Source: Octopus sinensis
Taxonomy: Eukaryota
Assembly: GCF_006345805.1 (NCBI RefSeq)
Contig: NC_042997.1
Location: 153,512,001-153,576,000 of the forward strand
Length of the DNA: 64,000 nucleotides
Direction of reading: 5' to 3'
Shown here: in pieces, positions 40,097 to 51,231 of the stretch
Position numbering within the stretch: position 1 is the stretch's first letter
Layout: every line of letters begins with the position of its first letter
Position numbers and translations under genes: made by a program
Notes under the pieces: model-generated
Told to the model about the DNA's origin: nothing
The model's database searches: none
What the model saw: only the letters and a program-made list of their open reading frames with translations

Positions 40097-40676
40097 CTGG
40101 TGAACTTGTCTACAACAATTCCTCTCCAGTAATTCATCTACACGAATTTATCTACAGATACGATTCATCTACAATCATACGCACATACAACCACACACAC
40201 GCACACACACACACGTACACGCACACACACATACAACCGTCACTCACCCACACAAAAAAAACACGCACACACATACAACCACACACATACATATACATAC
40301 ATCCACACACATACACATAACTACACACACACATAGAATTATATACACACACACACAACCACACGCACACACACATGCAAATATACACACAAACATGCAA
40401 CCATACACACACATACCTACAACTGCACATACATACAACCACACACACTCACATAAAACCACACACACACATACAACTGCACACACAATAACCACAGACA
40501 CACACACGCACATACAACCTCACACACATACAACCACACGTACACATACAACCATACACACACATACATACAACCACACACACACACACACACATACAAC
40601 CACATACAGATAAATTGTTGTAGATGAATTGTAGACGAAGTATTGTAGATGAATTGTTGTAGACAAATTCACTTAG
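40097..40676. mobile_element. Foldback/MITE-like element with subrepeated inverted termini around a CA-rich core
   Basis: Left GTGAACTTGTCTACAACAATTC versus right GAATTGTTGTAGACAAATTCAC, with AATTCATCTACA-type subrepeats in both arms. Confidence 0.6.
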
Positions 40677-40862
40677 AACCATATATATATATATATGTAC
40701 ATATATTATGTGTCACTGTATTACATCATATACAAGTCTGTGTGCGCGCATGTGTACATATATATAATCGCATACGAAGTAAATTTGCATAAATAAATAC
40801 TTAATATCGACAAATACACGAATACAGTTAATGGTATAAAAGAGTTACTTGACACATACACA

Positions 40863-40932
<70 letters not shown>

Positions 40933-41201
40933 GTGTGTGTGTGTGTATTTAAACACAATGACGTAAATGAGTACCCATAGAAACGAATATACAAGTTAAG
41001 TAATAACACAAATATAACAGATAATGGGACAAATTTCATACAATTCAAAAACAGTCAAGAAACTATTCTCATTTGTATTTTCAAAGAAACAACATAAAGC
41101 AGATGAATTACGACGCATTACATGAAGAAACCAACATTGGTTTGATAATAGCCCTCACATAATAAATGATAGTAAAGCTCGTAATTAGTGTACGTCTGTG
41201 A

Positions 41202-41528
41202 GTGAAGGCACATGGCTTCGTGGTTAGGGTATTCGGTACGCGATCATAATGTCGTGAGTTCAATTCCCAGCGACCTGTTGTGTCCTTGAGCAAAACACAT
41301 TTTTTTTTCACGTTCCTCCAATCTACACAGCTGGCAAAAAATGAGTCGTACCTGTATCTCAAAGAACCAGCCTTGTCAGTCTGTGTCACCCTGAATCTCT
41401 CTGAGAACTACGTTAAGGGTACACGTGTCCGTAGAGTTCTCAGCCACTTGCACGTTATTTTCACGAGCAAGCTGTTCCATTGATCGGATTAAGTGGACCC
41501 TCGTCGTCGAAAGCGACGGAGTGCCAAC
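41202..41528 (+). mobile_element. tRNA-derived SINE, group 3 (body type Y)
   Basis: TGGCTTCGTGGTTAG and GAGTTCAATTCCC boxes, CORE-like GTGTCCTTGAGCAA, and a 3' body shared with 46138-46330. Confidence 0.85.
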
Positions 41529-41702
41529 ATATACATATATATAGAGAGAGAGGGGGGAGGGAGGGAGAGATGTACTTGCATAGCAAGTGACCTGATCTGA
41601 GATTGTGTGCTGGAACGAAAACAATTGCAGCGTGGACGGTGTTTATAAGCCATTTAAGAAACACGCAAAAACCATTAGATTCACTTCAACATTTAAATTT
41701 AA

Positions 41703-41753
41703 TTTGTCAAAATATTTTCGTCGCTTTGAGACGGCGACCTATTCACTGACAAA
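41703..41753 (-). ncRNA. Hammerhead-topology motif with a divergent core (G3/U8), in terminal-repeat family F (41570-41760)
   Basis: Minus strand: UUUGUCA / GUGAAUA-G / GUCGC-9nt-GCGAC / GAA-AAU-AUU-U / UGACAAA. 7-bp stem I, 5-bp stem II, palindromic stem III. Confidence 0.55.
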
Positions 41754-42508
41754 ATTCCTCCTTTAGTTCTTTCCTTTTTTTCAGTCGACTGCGGCCATAC
41801 TGGGACGTATATTCATGTATGTATGTATGTATGTATGTATGTATGTATGTATGTATGTATGCATGCATGTATGTATGTATGTATGTATGTATGTATGTAT
41901 GTATGTATGTATGTATGCATGTATGTATGAATGTATGCATGTAGGTAGGTAGGTAGGTAGGTATGGGATACAGTACATTCAATTGAAACATAGGCCCTTT
42001 AAAATACAGGTACAACTCATTTTTGCCCGCTGTGTGGAAACTCACTCGTTTACTGCCTATTAACCGAAAAAACATATTCGTCGAAATATATCCGTAGAAA
42101 TAACCGTCCCAAGAAAGAAGAAAATAATCGAAACTTAACGCTAGTTATTTCTGTTTTTAAGAGAAAGAATAAATCATTTATTGAATGAAATGTATGTTCA
42201 GTTTTATCTTCACTTGAAAAGACGTGAATATAAAGAAATCTAGTGAAAATAATTCATTGAAATTGAATCTCGACTAAATTTTCTAAACAACTTATTGAAA
42301 TTTTAAAAGAAGGACAAAATATATTTTAAATGAAATTCACTTTTTACTTCTTTTATGTATACTTGTTTGTTATAGCATCCAACACCACAGCGTTCAAGTT
42401 GGTTTAATGGTCAAAATAATAAAGATAAATTAACAGCATTTACTCCCTCAAGCCCTAAACTCCGAAAATAGGGGGTTTTGTAAATTATTTACAACAGCGG
42501 AGTTTGGG

Positions 42509-42983
<475 letters not shown>

Positions 42984-43180
42984 CGAGAAAAGCAACAAGA
43001 ATGGATAGGTTTTTAGTACGATCGTTTCATACAAGGACAGGTTTTATTAAAAGTTGCAAAGATTACAGCATATAAACGAGTCCCGTTTATATGCTGTAAT
43101 CTTTGCAACTTTTAATAAAACCTGTCCTTGTATGAAACGATCGTACTAAAAACCTATCCATTCTTGGTGCTTCTTTCTCG
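42984..43180. repeat. Long palindrome: perfect 83-bp arms with a 5-nt loop
   Basis: 42996-43078 is the exact reverse complement of 43084-43166 (loop AGTCC). Imperfect extension to 42984 and 43180. Confidence 0.97.
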
Positions 43181-43380
43181 CTTATAATCACCCCACATTA
43201 CTGTATTGTTAAATCAGTATAGTTTTTTTTGGTGCATCTAAGTTAGGTACCATATTCAAGTAAATTTTTTTAAATTAACTTGAATCTTTATTGCTCTTTG
43301 TATATATATATATATATATATTTCGTTTTGGGATTTGGTTTGCAAGATTCTTTATATGAGTTCCTGTGTTGAAGCATATT

Positions 43381-43558
43381 CTGTTCTGTCTGGGGAGAGT
43401 CATTTTCTTTTTGTGCCTTGTGATTTACACACTCACCGGTAAAATTTCCACTTGTTTCTTTTTCTTTAAATGAAAATAAGAAATAAATGGAAATTTTACC
43501 GGTGAGTGTGTTAAATTATAAGGCGCAAAAAGAAAATGACTCTCCCCAGACACAACAG
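43381..43558. repeat. Imperfect ~70-bp inverted repeat with a 37-nt spacer
   Basis: 43381-43450 versus 43488-43558, about 5 differences. A fragment of the same family lies near 47560-47610. Confidence 0.92.
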
Positions 43559-43586
43559 TAAATATATATATATATTTTATATATAT

Positions 43587-43643
<57 letters not shown>

Positions 43644-43647
43644 TATA

Positions 43648-43748
43648 CACGACGGGATTCTTTCAGTTTCCGTCTACCAAATCCAATCACAAGGCTTTGG
43701 TCGGCCCCAAGCAATAGTAGAAGACACTTGCCCAAGGTTTCATGCAGC
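43648..43748 (-). mobile_element. Partial SINE, group 2
   Basis: GACGGGATTCTTTCAGTTTCCGTCTACCAAATCC...GAAGACACTTGCCCAAGG. Confidence 0.85.
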
Positions 43749-45372
43749 ATCAGGAAATATGATAGCCCTTTTCAGTATTCCATATAGGTGCTCACTCTTT
43801 TCATCCAGAAGCGATATCAGTCGGAACCGTTAACTTGATGATGGCCTTCACTCTCAAGTTCGGGATAAAATAAAAACTATATGTTTTCAAATTTGTCGAA
43901 CACTTCAGAGGGCTGAAGGAAATGGAGTCCTGTTGGTTGCTTAGAGAGCTAACCAAGATATGCCTGTGCTGATGAAAATATATATTATTGAAATATCGTA
44001 GACCGAACGAACTCCGAGATTTGTAGGTCATTTTCTAAATAGCAGTGAAAACTAAAGATCTGAGCAAACTTAAAGACAAAACCTTTCAGGTCAAATACAG
44101 TACATACATGCTTGACCTGACTACGTCACAACCAGGGAGTAGCATGATTAAAGGGACACTTTCCAAAGTGACAGGCTTGTCCGTTCCACATCTTAGTCCA
44201 ATAGCAAGAAGCCCTCGACATTTGAAGGAGGGGGCAATTAATGTGAAATACTCATAAGGAATCGTCAACCCGCCTGAGAATTTTTGAATTGAGTCACAGG
44301 GGATTTTTTTTGCCCTTATGGCAGGGTTTGATCCTGGTCTTATACGTCATTGCCGAACGTTCCTCACACTGAGCAAGCTATTCATGTAGGTTTACCGGTT
44401 TAGTTACTAGGATCTGAACCTGACACAGATAGTGTTAGTTTACATGGTACTAGCAGTATTTATATGTCTGTCTTGATATAGATGCATATATATATGAGTC
44501 ACTTATGTAACTTTATATTTGATTAAAGAATTAATATACAATCTTATGTAATTATGTATGTTCATGTGTGTGTATGTATGTATGTATGTATGTATGTATG
44601 TATGTATAGCCAATCAAAATAATGGAACTCCTGCAAAATTATTGATTTTTTTTCCAAAACGTTCATATTAGCCGAAATAGCACTATTCATTCCATTCAGG
44701 ATTTTTTTAATTTTTAAAATTACAATTTATGTCTATTCATGTTCTAAAATTTATTAGTAAATGTTTGTGATTTGGTAAAAGTTTAGATTTTTAATTCTTT
44801 TCGTCATACTATTAAATGATGAAGTTTCTAATTGGAATCGTTCTTTTTCTCTCCGCTACAGTGAAAGACAGTTAAAGATTTCTTTCTTTCTTTTAAAAGA
44901 TCTTCAGGTCACTCGTTAATTTAGTGAGGTATCATAAATTTTTAATAACTTTCACGTCTGGAGACTTTCTCGTCCAAAATAATGTCTGAATTTCGTGATC
45001 TTGGAGAAACGAATCGACTAATTTGATAGAATGAGAAGCATTATCGTGTTGGTTCAATTTTATCAGTCTCAACTGTTATAAAATGGGAAGAAAACGGTTT
45101 GTTTTTTCTTTTGTAAAATCTCTATTTTGTAACATTGTGAAATACGCCAGAAGATTACATCGAGGTGTCCATATCACCTTTTCGACTGTTGGCAATTTTT
45201 TATGTCATCTTCTCAAATATCTATAATGACTCTTTCGGAATGACTCTTTCGTCCAAGCTAATATTTTGAAAGACATTCTACTGGTCAAACAATTGCTTTC
45301 TGTCGGCTGATGTTTTTAGAACGGTTACTTTTGAATAAATACAATTCTTGCTTCAACATTCTTCAAATAGTA

Positions 45373-45772
45373 AGGCGGCGAGCTCGCAGAAACGCTAGCA
45401 CGCCAGGCGAAATGCTTAGAGGTATTTTGTCTGCCGCTACATTCTTAGTTCAAATTCCACCGAGGTCGACTTTGCCTTTCATCCTTTCGGGGTCGATTAA
45501 ATAAGTACCAGTTACGCACTGGGGTCGATATAATCGGCTCAATCCGTTTGTCTGTCCTTGTTTGTCCTCTCTGTGTTTAGCGCCTTGTGGGTAGTAAAAG
45601 AAATAGGTATTTCGTCTGTCTTTACGTTCTGAGTTCAAATTCCGCCGAGGTTGACTTTGCCTGTCATCCTTTCGATGTCGATAAATTAAGTACTAGTTGC
45701 ATACTGGGGTCAATCTAATCGACTGGTCCGTCCCCAACAATTTCGGGCTTTATGCCTAAAGTAGAAAAGAAT
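45373..45772 (+). mobile_element. Heterodimeric group 1 SINE within one TSD
   Basis: Full unit with tail type 1 followed by a headless unit with tail type 2. ATTCTTCAA(A/G)TAGTA at 45358-45372 and 45773-45787. Confidence 0.92.
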
Positions 45773-46137
45773 ATTCTTCAAGTAGTATGTGTCGATATAT
45801 TGTTTTGAAATTTTGGCACATAGCCAGCAATTTAGGAGAGGGAACAAGTTGATTACAACGACCTCAGTAATCAACTGGTATTTATATTGTATCAAAATAT
45901 AATTCGTAGCTTTTCATAAAATATCAGTCTTCAATGTTAAATGTCTTAAATAAGGTGTTGTTAAAACATCAGAGAGAAAAAATTTTTTTATAATATTTAC
46001 ATCAAAACTATATTTTAGTCAGTTTGATATCCCATCGTCAAGTCTATTATTCCCGTTTTTTTTTACTGAGAAATAAATTATAAATAACCTCAAACTGTTT
46101 AAATAGCTCTATAAACGCTGGCGATCTTGGAGTTAGG

Positions 46138-46524
46138 TAGGTTGGAGCACTCCGTCGGTTACGACGACGAGGGTTCCAGTTGATCCGATCAACGGAACAG
46201 CCTGCTCGTGAAATTAACGTGTAAGTGGCTGAGTACTCCACAGACACGTGTACCCTTAACGTAGTTCTCGGGGATATTCAGCGTGACACAGAGATTGACA
46301 AGGCCGGCCCTTTGAAATACAGGTACAACAGAAACAGGAAGTAAGCGTGAGAGAAAGTTGTGGTGAAAAAGTACAGCAGGGATCGCCGCCATCCCTGCCG
46401 GAGCCTCGTGGAGCTTTAGGTGTTTTCGCTCAATAAACACTCACAACGCCCGGTCTGGGAATCGAAACCGCGATCCTACGACCGCGAGTCCGCTGCCCTA
46501 ACCACTGGGCCATTGCACCTCCAC
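46138..46524 (-). mobile_element. Full-length tRNA-derived SINE (group 3 body Y, different head/middle) with a 12-bp TSD
   Basis: Minus strand: TGGCCCAGTGGTTAGG A box and GGTTTCGATTCCC B box. TSD CTTGGAGTTAGG at 46126-46137 and 46525-46536. Confidence 0.92.
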
Positions 46525-46782
46525 CTTGGAGTTAGGAACGTTAGTTTCGAAACAGGGCTTACGATCGTGAATGCAGTTAATTCTTATTATGTACAAATTC
46601 TGGAGCAACATACCTGATGACGATATGAGATCAAAACGTAACGTAGATGTAACTATTCTACAAAAACATTTTCAATATAAGAGATTAATTTTATTTTCTG
46701 AAAAATGTAAACGTTGATGTCTTATTTAATTCTGACTTGTATTATATTTGGAATTTTGTTGTCTTCTGTTATTTTTCGAAAG

Positions 46783-46900
46783 ATTATGCAACACGTTTGT
46801 GTACAGAAAACGGCACATGGTTTCACTCAGTATATTTGAAACGTTCCTGGACCAATTATACCCTTTGCTCAACAATAAAAATTCCCATTGATTTACTACA
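46783..46900 (+). CDS. Coding exon of the same class B1 GPCR, ectodomain part 2: (Y)YATRLCTENGTWFHSVYLKRSWTNYTLC...
   Basis: Pyrimidine-rich acceptor ending AAG at 46780-46782 and CAG|GTAAGT donor at 46901. Joins the 8088 exon in phase 1 (T|AT). Contains the family motifs R-x-C-x3-G-x-W and W-x-NYT-x-C. As written it ends in phase 2, conflicting with the next exon (see findings). Confidence 0.9.
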
Positions 46901-47011
46901 GGTAAGTAAATGATACATTCAATATAGACCATATACTTTGATAGAATCTTTCATTTCTATTCTTCCCCAATGCTTTTCTTGTGCAATGAATAAATTAACA
47001 TGTCTTCCGAG

Positions 47012-47217
47012 GGCTGCGAGTTGGCAGATTCGTTACACGCCGGACAAAATGCTTAGCGACATTTCGTCCAGCTTTACGTTCTGAGTTCAAATTTCACCAA
47101 AGTCAACTTTGTCACTCTTTCAAGGTCGATAAAATTAGAATCAGTTGAGCACTAGAGTCGATATAATCGACTGTCCACTCCCCCAAAATTTCAGGCCTTG
47201 TACCTATATTAGTCAGG
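47012..47217 (+). mobile_element. Degenerate SINE, group 1
   Basis: Head, GAGTTCAAATTTC and tail type 2, followed by (ATT)n. Confidence 0.8.
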
Positions 47218-47253
<36 letters not shown>

Positions 47254-47272
47254 ATTATTATTGGTAGTAGTA

Positions 47273-47472
47273 AGGTGGCCAGCAGGTAGAATCGTTAGCA
47301 CACCGGGGAAAATGCTTAGCAGTATTTCATCCATCATTACATTCCGAGTTCAATCTCCGCCGAGATCGACATTGCTTTTCATCATTTCGGTGTCGATACT
47401 TTAAGTACCAGTGAAACAGTGGAGTCGATGTAATCGACTTTGATTTGAGGCCTTGTGCCTCCAGTAGAAAGT
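47273..47472 (+). mobile_element. Degenerate SINE, group 1
   Basis: Head, GAGTTCAATCTCC, body and tail. Confidence 0.8.
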
Positions 47473-48496
47473 ATTATTATTATCATTATTATTAGACAAC
47501 CATTCAACCAACTAACTAATTGATTAACACCTCCTTCTTCAAGATACAAAATCTGTCTCAACACACGAGTTCATATCAAGAATCTTGCAAACCAAATACG
47601 AAAATGAAATAGCCTCATTATTGGTTATGTTTAAAGACCAGCTTGAACGTACACATCCACTCTATTTGTCTTCTCTTCCAATACAAATATCAGGCAAATT
47701 CAACTATTTTTTACATGTGGTTATTTACGACTAATGATTCAGTGCAACTCACACGTTTCATATTCTATTTCTTTCGGTTGTGTGTGAAATAAACAGACAA
47801 GATAACAAGGGGTAAATAAATTACTTGTCAGTAAAAATCAATAGAAAATGATTCTGTTTTGTAAATACTAATTTTCGAATGTGTTACAATTTTCTTTTTT
47901 TTTTTTTTCTGCAGAATAATTAGTATCTTAACGTGTTATTGTTGTCTTATACAAATACTGAACGGTGGAAATTATCGGTATAATTGCGAGCTATTGTTAT
48001 ACAAAGTGATACCACTCAAGAAAGTTTTGAAATTTACATAAATATTAATATCTATAATACAAACATAGAACTGCTATTGTTCCTGTTTCTGACTTCCACA
48101 AACATATTCTATACATGGTGTCCCGAGAACATTGAAAGCTGCTAATCGACGAATCGACAAGTGTCCAATACGCTCTTAAATAATTGCTTAGAAGCTGAAG
48201 TTTACAGTTATTTAACAGGTTGCCATCTAAGTGGTCATTCAATCCGCAAAAAGTAGCTGCTGACTCTCTTACAAATCCTACTCCGCCGTCTTATTGTAAC
48301 ATCAAGAACGAATGGATAACGTTGATGATGTTGTATGAGATAAACTATACCTGAAAAAATGTAGATGATCATCGTTAAAATGCCTGTGAATACAGGCGGA
48401 ACTCAACAACCCGATTTTGCAAAAACAAGACTATGTGAGCGCGCGCAGCGGGTTTCTGCACTGTTTTCCTTTACCAAATTCCACTTACAAGATATT

Positions 48497-48711
48497 CATT
48501 GCTACTCAAGGCATAAGGCCCAAAATTTTGGGAAAGCGGGGTCAGTCGATTAGATCGAGCCCCAGTACGCAACTGGTACTTAATTTATCGACCCCGAAAG
48601 GATGAAAGGCAAATTCGACCTCGGCGGAATTTGAACTCAGAACGTAACGGAAGACGAAATACGGCTACGTATTTCGCCCGCCGTGCTAACGTTTCTGCCA
48701 GCTCGCCGCCT
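48497..48711 (-). mobile_element. SINE, group 1, with an 18-bp TSD
   Basis: TTCCACTTACA(A/T)GATATT at 48479-48496 and 48712-48729. Confidence 0.92.
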
Positions 48712-48820
48712 TTCCACTTACATGATATTAGTCAACCTAGTGATACAGTAAACATGCATTTGCACAACGGGATCGATGGCTGGCCCATTCAGTTGTAAAA
48801 CGAAATTCCTAACCAAACGG

Positions 48821-48877
<57 letters not shown>

Positions 48878-49414
48878 CCAGTGATGGCCTGAGCTTAAGA
48901 AATAACAACGTACTATAAGGAGTAAACTTAAAGTAAAAGAATGGATTCAGCACCGTATGTAATAGTAGCAGTATCAGTACCTACTTCGATAAAATTCACA
49001 AGTTTCTTGTTGACTAGAAGTTTTGTGCTCGGATTCCCCTGTTGTCCACAATGATGAACAGAATTGTTAACATGCGTGTGCTTTCAACCCAACTCTAATG
49101 TTGTTTATTGACAATTCGTCTCAACGAGGAAGCCTCTTCATGATCACTTGATCTGCAGTAAATACTAACTAAAAATTACCTGTTTGCAATCTACCTTCTT
49201 AAACATTGAAGGATGACATTGGTTAGTCCAGACTTAACCGTAATAAGACGGCATGAACAGCTACAAATGTTTTTGCTCGATCAGTTTTGGCCTGGGGGAA
49301 TACGCTCAACAAAAACAATAAACAACGGCAGAAAATGAATGTATTATAAATTTGAGTGATGTTTGTCTACCGTTACGTGTTTATGTTCGCCAACTCTTCC
49401 TAGACCGTTGGTGC

Positions 49415-49619
49415 CGTTCAAGAATTTGGACCTGGAGATCTCCATTTCCAGCGACTTCGAGGGCCACCTCCCAGTGATGTCGGGCGTCATCGAAGAGTCC
49501 TCGACTACAAACAAGATGACCAAAGTTTTTTTTTCAAGGTCTGTGGTCTCCCGCCCTAAGCCCTAGACCATCACCTAATCAGCCTTACCCGTCTTGTTGC
49601 TTAACAACAACAACAACAA
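49415..49619 (+). mobile_element. Unclassified 205-bp retroposed insert with an (AAC)n tail and a 13-bp TSD
   Basis: AGACCGTTGGTGC at 49402-49414 and 49620-49632. The insert ends in about six AAC units. Confidence 0.75.
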
Positions 49620-50739
49620 AGACCGTTGGTGCAAGGACAACGAAACTCAAACCAGCAACTCCCCTAATCCCAGGGAATGTCCTAAGGGTGTCTATGTTTT
49701 TAAGGGCCTCCTAATTGGGGCCCCACTGATTCCCCACCCCACTCATTTTTTCTGGTGTTTACTTACATTCATCTTGAATATCAACCGCATTAATATCACC
49801 AACAATGACTTAATGTTAAACAAAAAATATATTGTTGTTAATTCTATTATTAATATTAGATAAATACCATACTGCTACTAAATTTTTAATAAATGTTTGC
49901 TACAGATAACCAGCCTAATAGTGATAAGCAAACAGCTTTTATGTCAGTACAGGTGTTAAGCTATGAACCAGTTTTGAGTCATGTGTGCAGCTAATTTAAT
50001 TTTACCTTATCTTGCTTACTCCCTGTTAAAACATTAATATCGCAACTCCAGCTTCATCGTCCACTGAAGTAAAATACACATCCAATTGATACATACCTTT
50101 AATTAGAAAAATACAAACTAATTTACAATTCGTTCCACTATTATATTTATTTAGACTGTAATAAGTTTTATTGCTTTGGAAATAAAGACGGTGTCTAAAG
50201 CCAGCAAACTAGCGTTTGATAATGTGGCTCAAAGAATCAGATCTGGAAAAACGAATTCGAGACTTTTTAAGGTAGGCTCTTTCGTCGGGCAAGAAAAAGA
50301 TACTTTGGATAATAGCTAATTGTTATTAACTCAATATTTGCTATTGTTGACACAGTATAAAAATATCATAAGAATATTAATGAATATTATCAGCCTTTTG
50401 TCTTTGTATAAACAATGTTTTATTATATTGGTTAGAGCGTGAAATTCCTAGAATATCCTTCGTATCCATATTTCTTTTTAGAAACGTTGACTTTTTTTTC
50501 AAGCTGAACACCAACCGTCCTTCCATTTATAGTTCCAAAGTATTTCTTGAACCAATGGTTCTCAACTTAGCTGAGTAACTCTACTTACTGTAACGTTATA
50601 TGAATGAAAATGAAAGTGCTTTTAATCTACGCACATCTACACCACTTTAAGAACCCTATTATGTCAAAATATATCTCTGGTGTTAGTGAGATTCCTATTC
50701 TTTGAAAATTGGATGGCTATACAAAAATTCAATTGTTTC

Positions 50740-50910
50740 AAATTTTGGTACAAAACCAGTAATTTCAGGAGAGAGAAATAGACGATTACATCAACGTCAT
50801 TACTTGATTTGTATTTTATACTTTATTTTATCGCCCCCGAAGGGAGAAAATGTAAAGTAAACTTCGGTGGGATATGAACTCAGAGCGTAAAAGAGTCGAA
50901 GGAAATACTG
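50740..50910 (-). mobile_element. Old degenerate SINE, group 1
   Basis: TTATCGCCCCCGAAGG...GAACTCAGAGCGTAA remnants. Confidence 0.6.
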
Positions 50911-51231
50911 TATGTAGAGTAATCCTTTAGCATCCAGATTACTCCCACAAATGTAATGCTTATTTATTCACAGTGGTTTCAATCAATCATGCATTATATT
51001 GTGGTTTCGAGATTTCGATGATGTGATTGTGTATTTTTAAAGTGACATTGTAGTGTGGGTGTGAAAGATCAGATTTGGCCGGTTTGAACATTATATATGT
51101 AGAATATTTAGGCCTGATATCACCGGTTTCAATTTGATGGGGCAATTTAATAAAATATACATATGAATATGGTAGAACATCAAGGCATGCTTCACAGAAC
51201 TTTTACATATTGAAAAATAAAGCTTTATTTT

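Noticed and set aside
46440-46524. tRNA gene (A and B boxes on the minus strand; similar heads at 9745, 41202 and ~44300-44385)
   Set aside because: No complete cloverleaf, and the boxes continue into SINE bodies flanked by TSDs.
50250-50290. Minus-strand CCGACGAAAGAG...TCTCGAATTC hammerhead-like string
   Set aside because: GAAT instead of GAAA, and no convincing stem I. Too degenerate to call.
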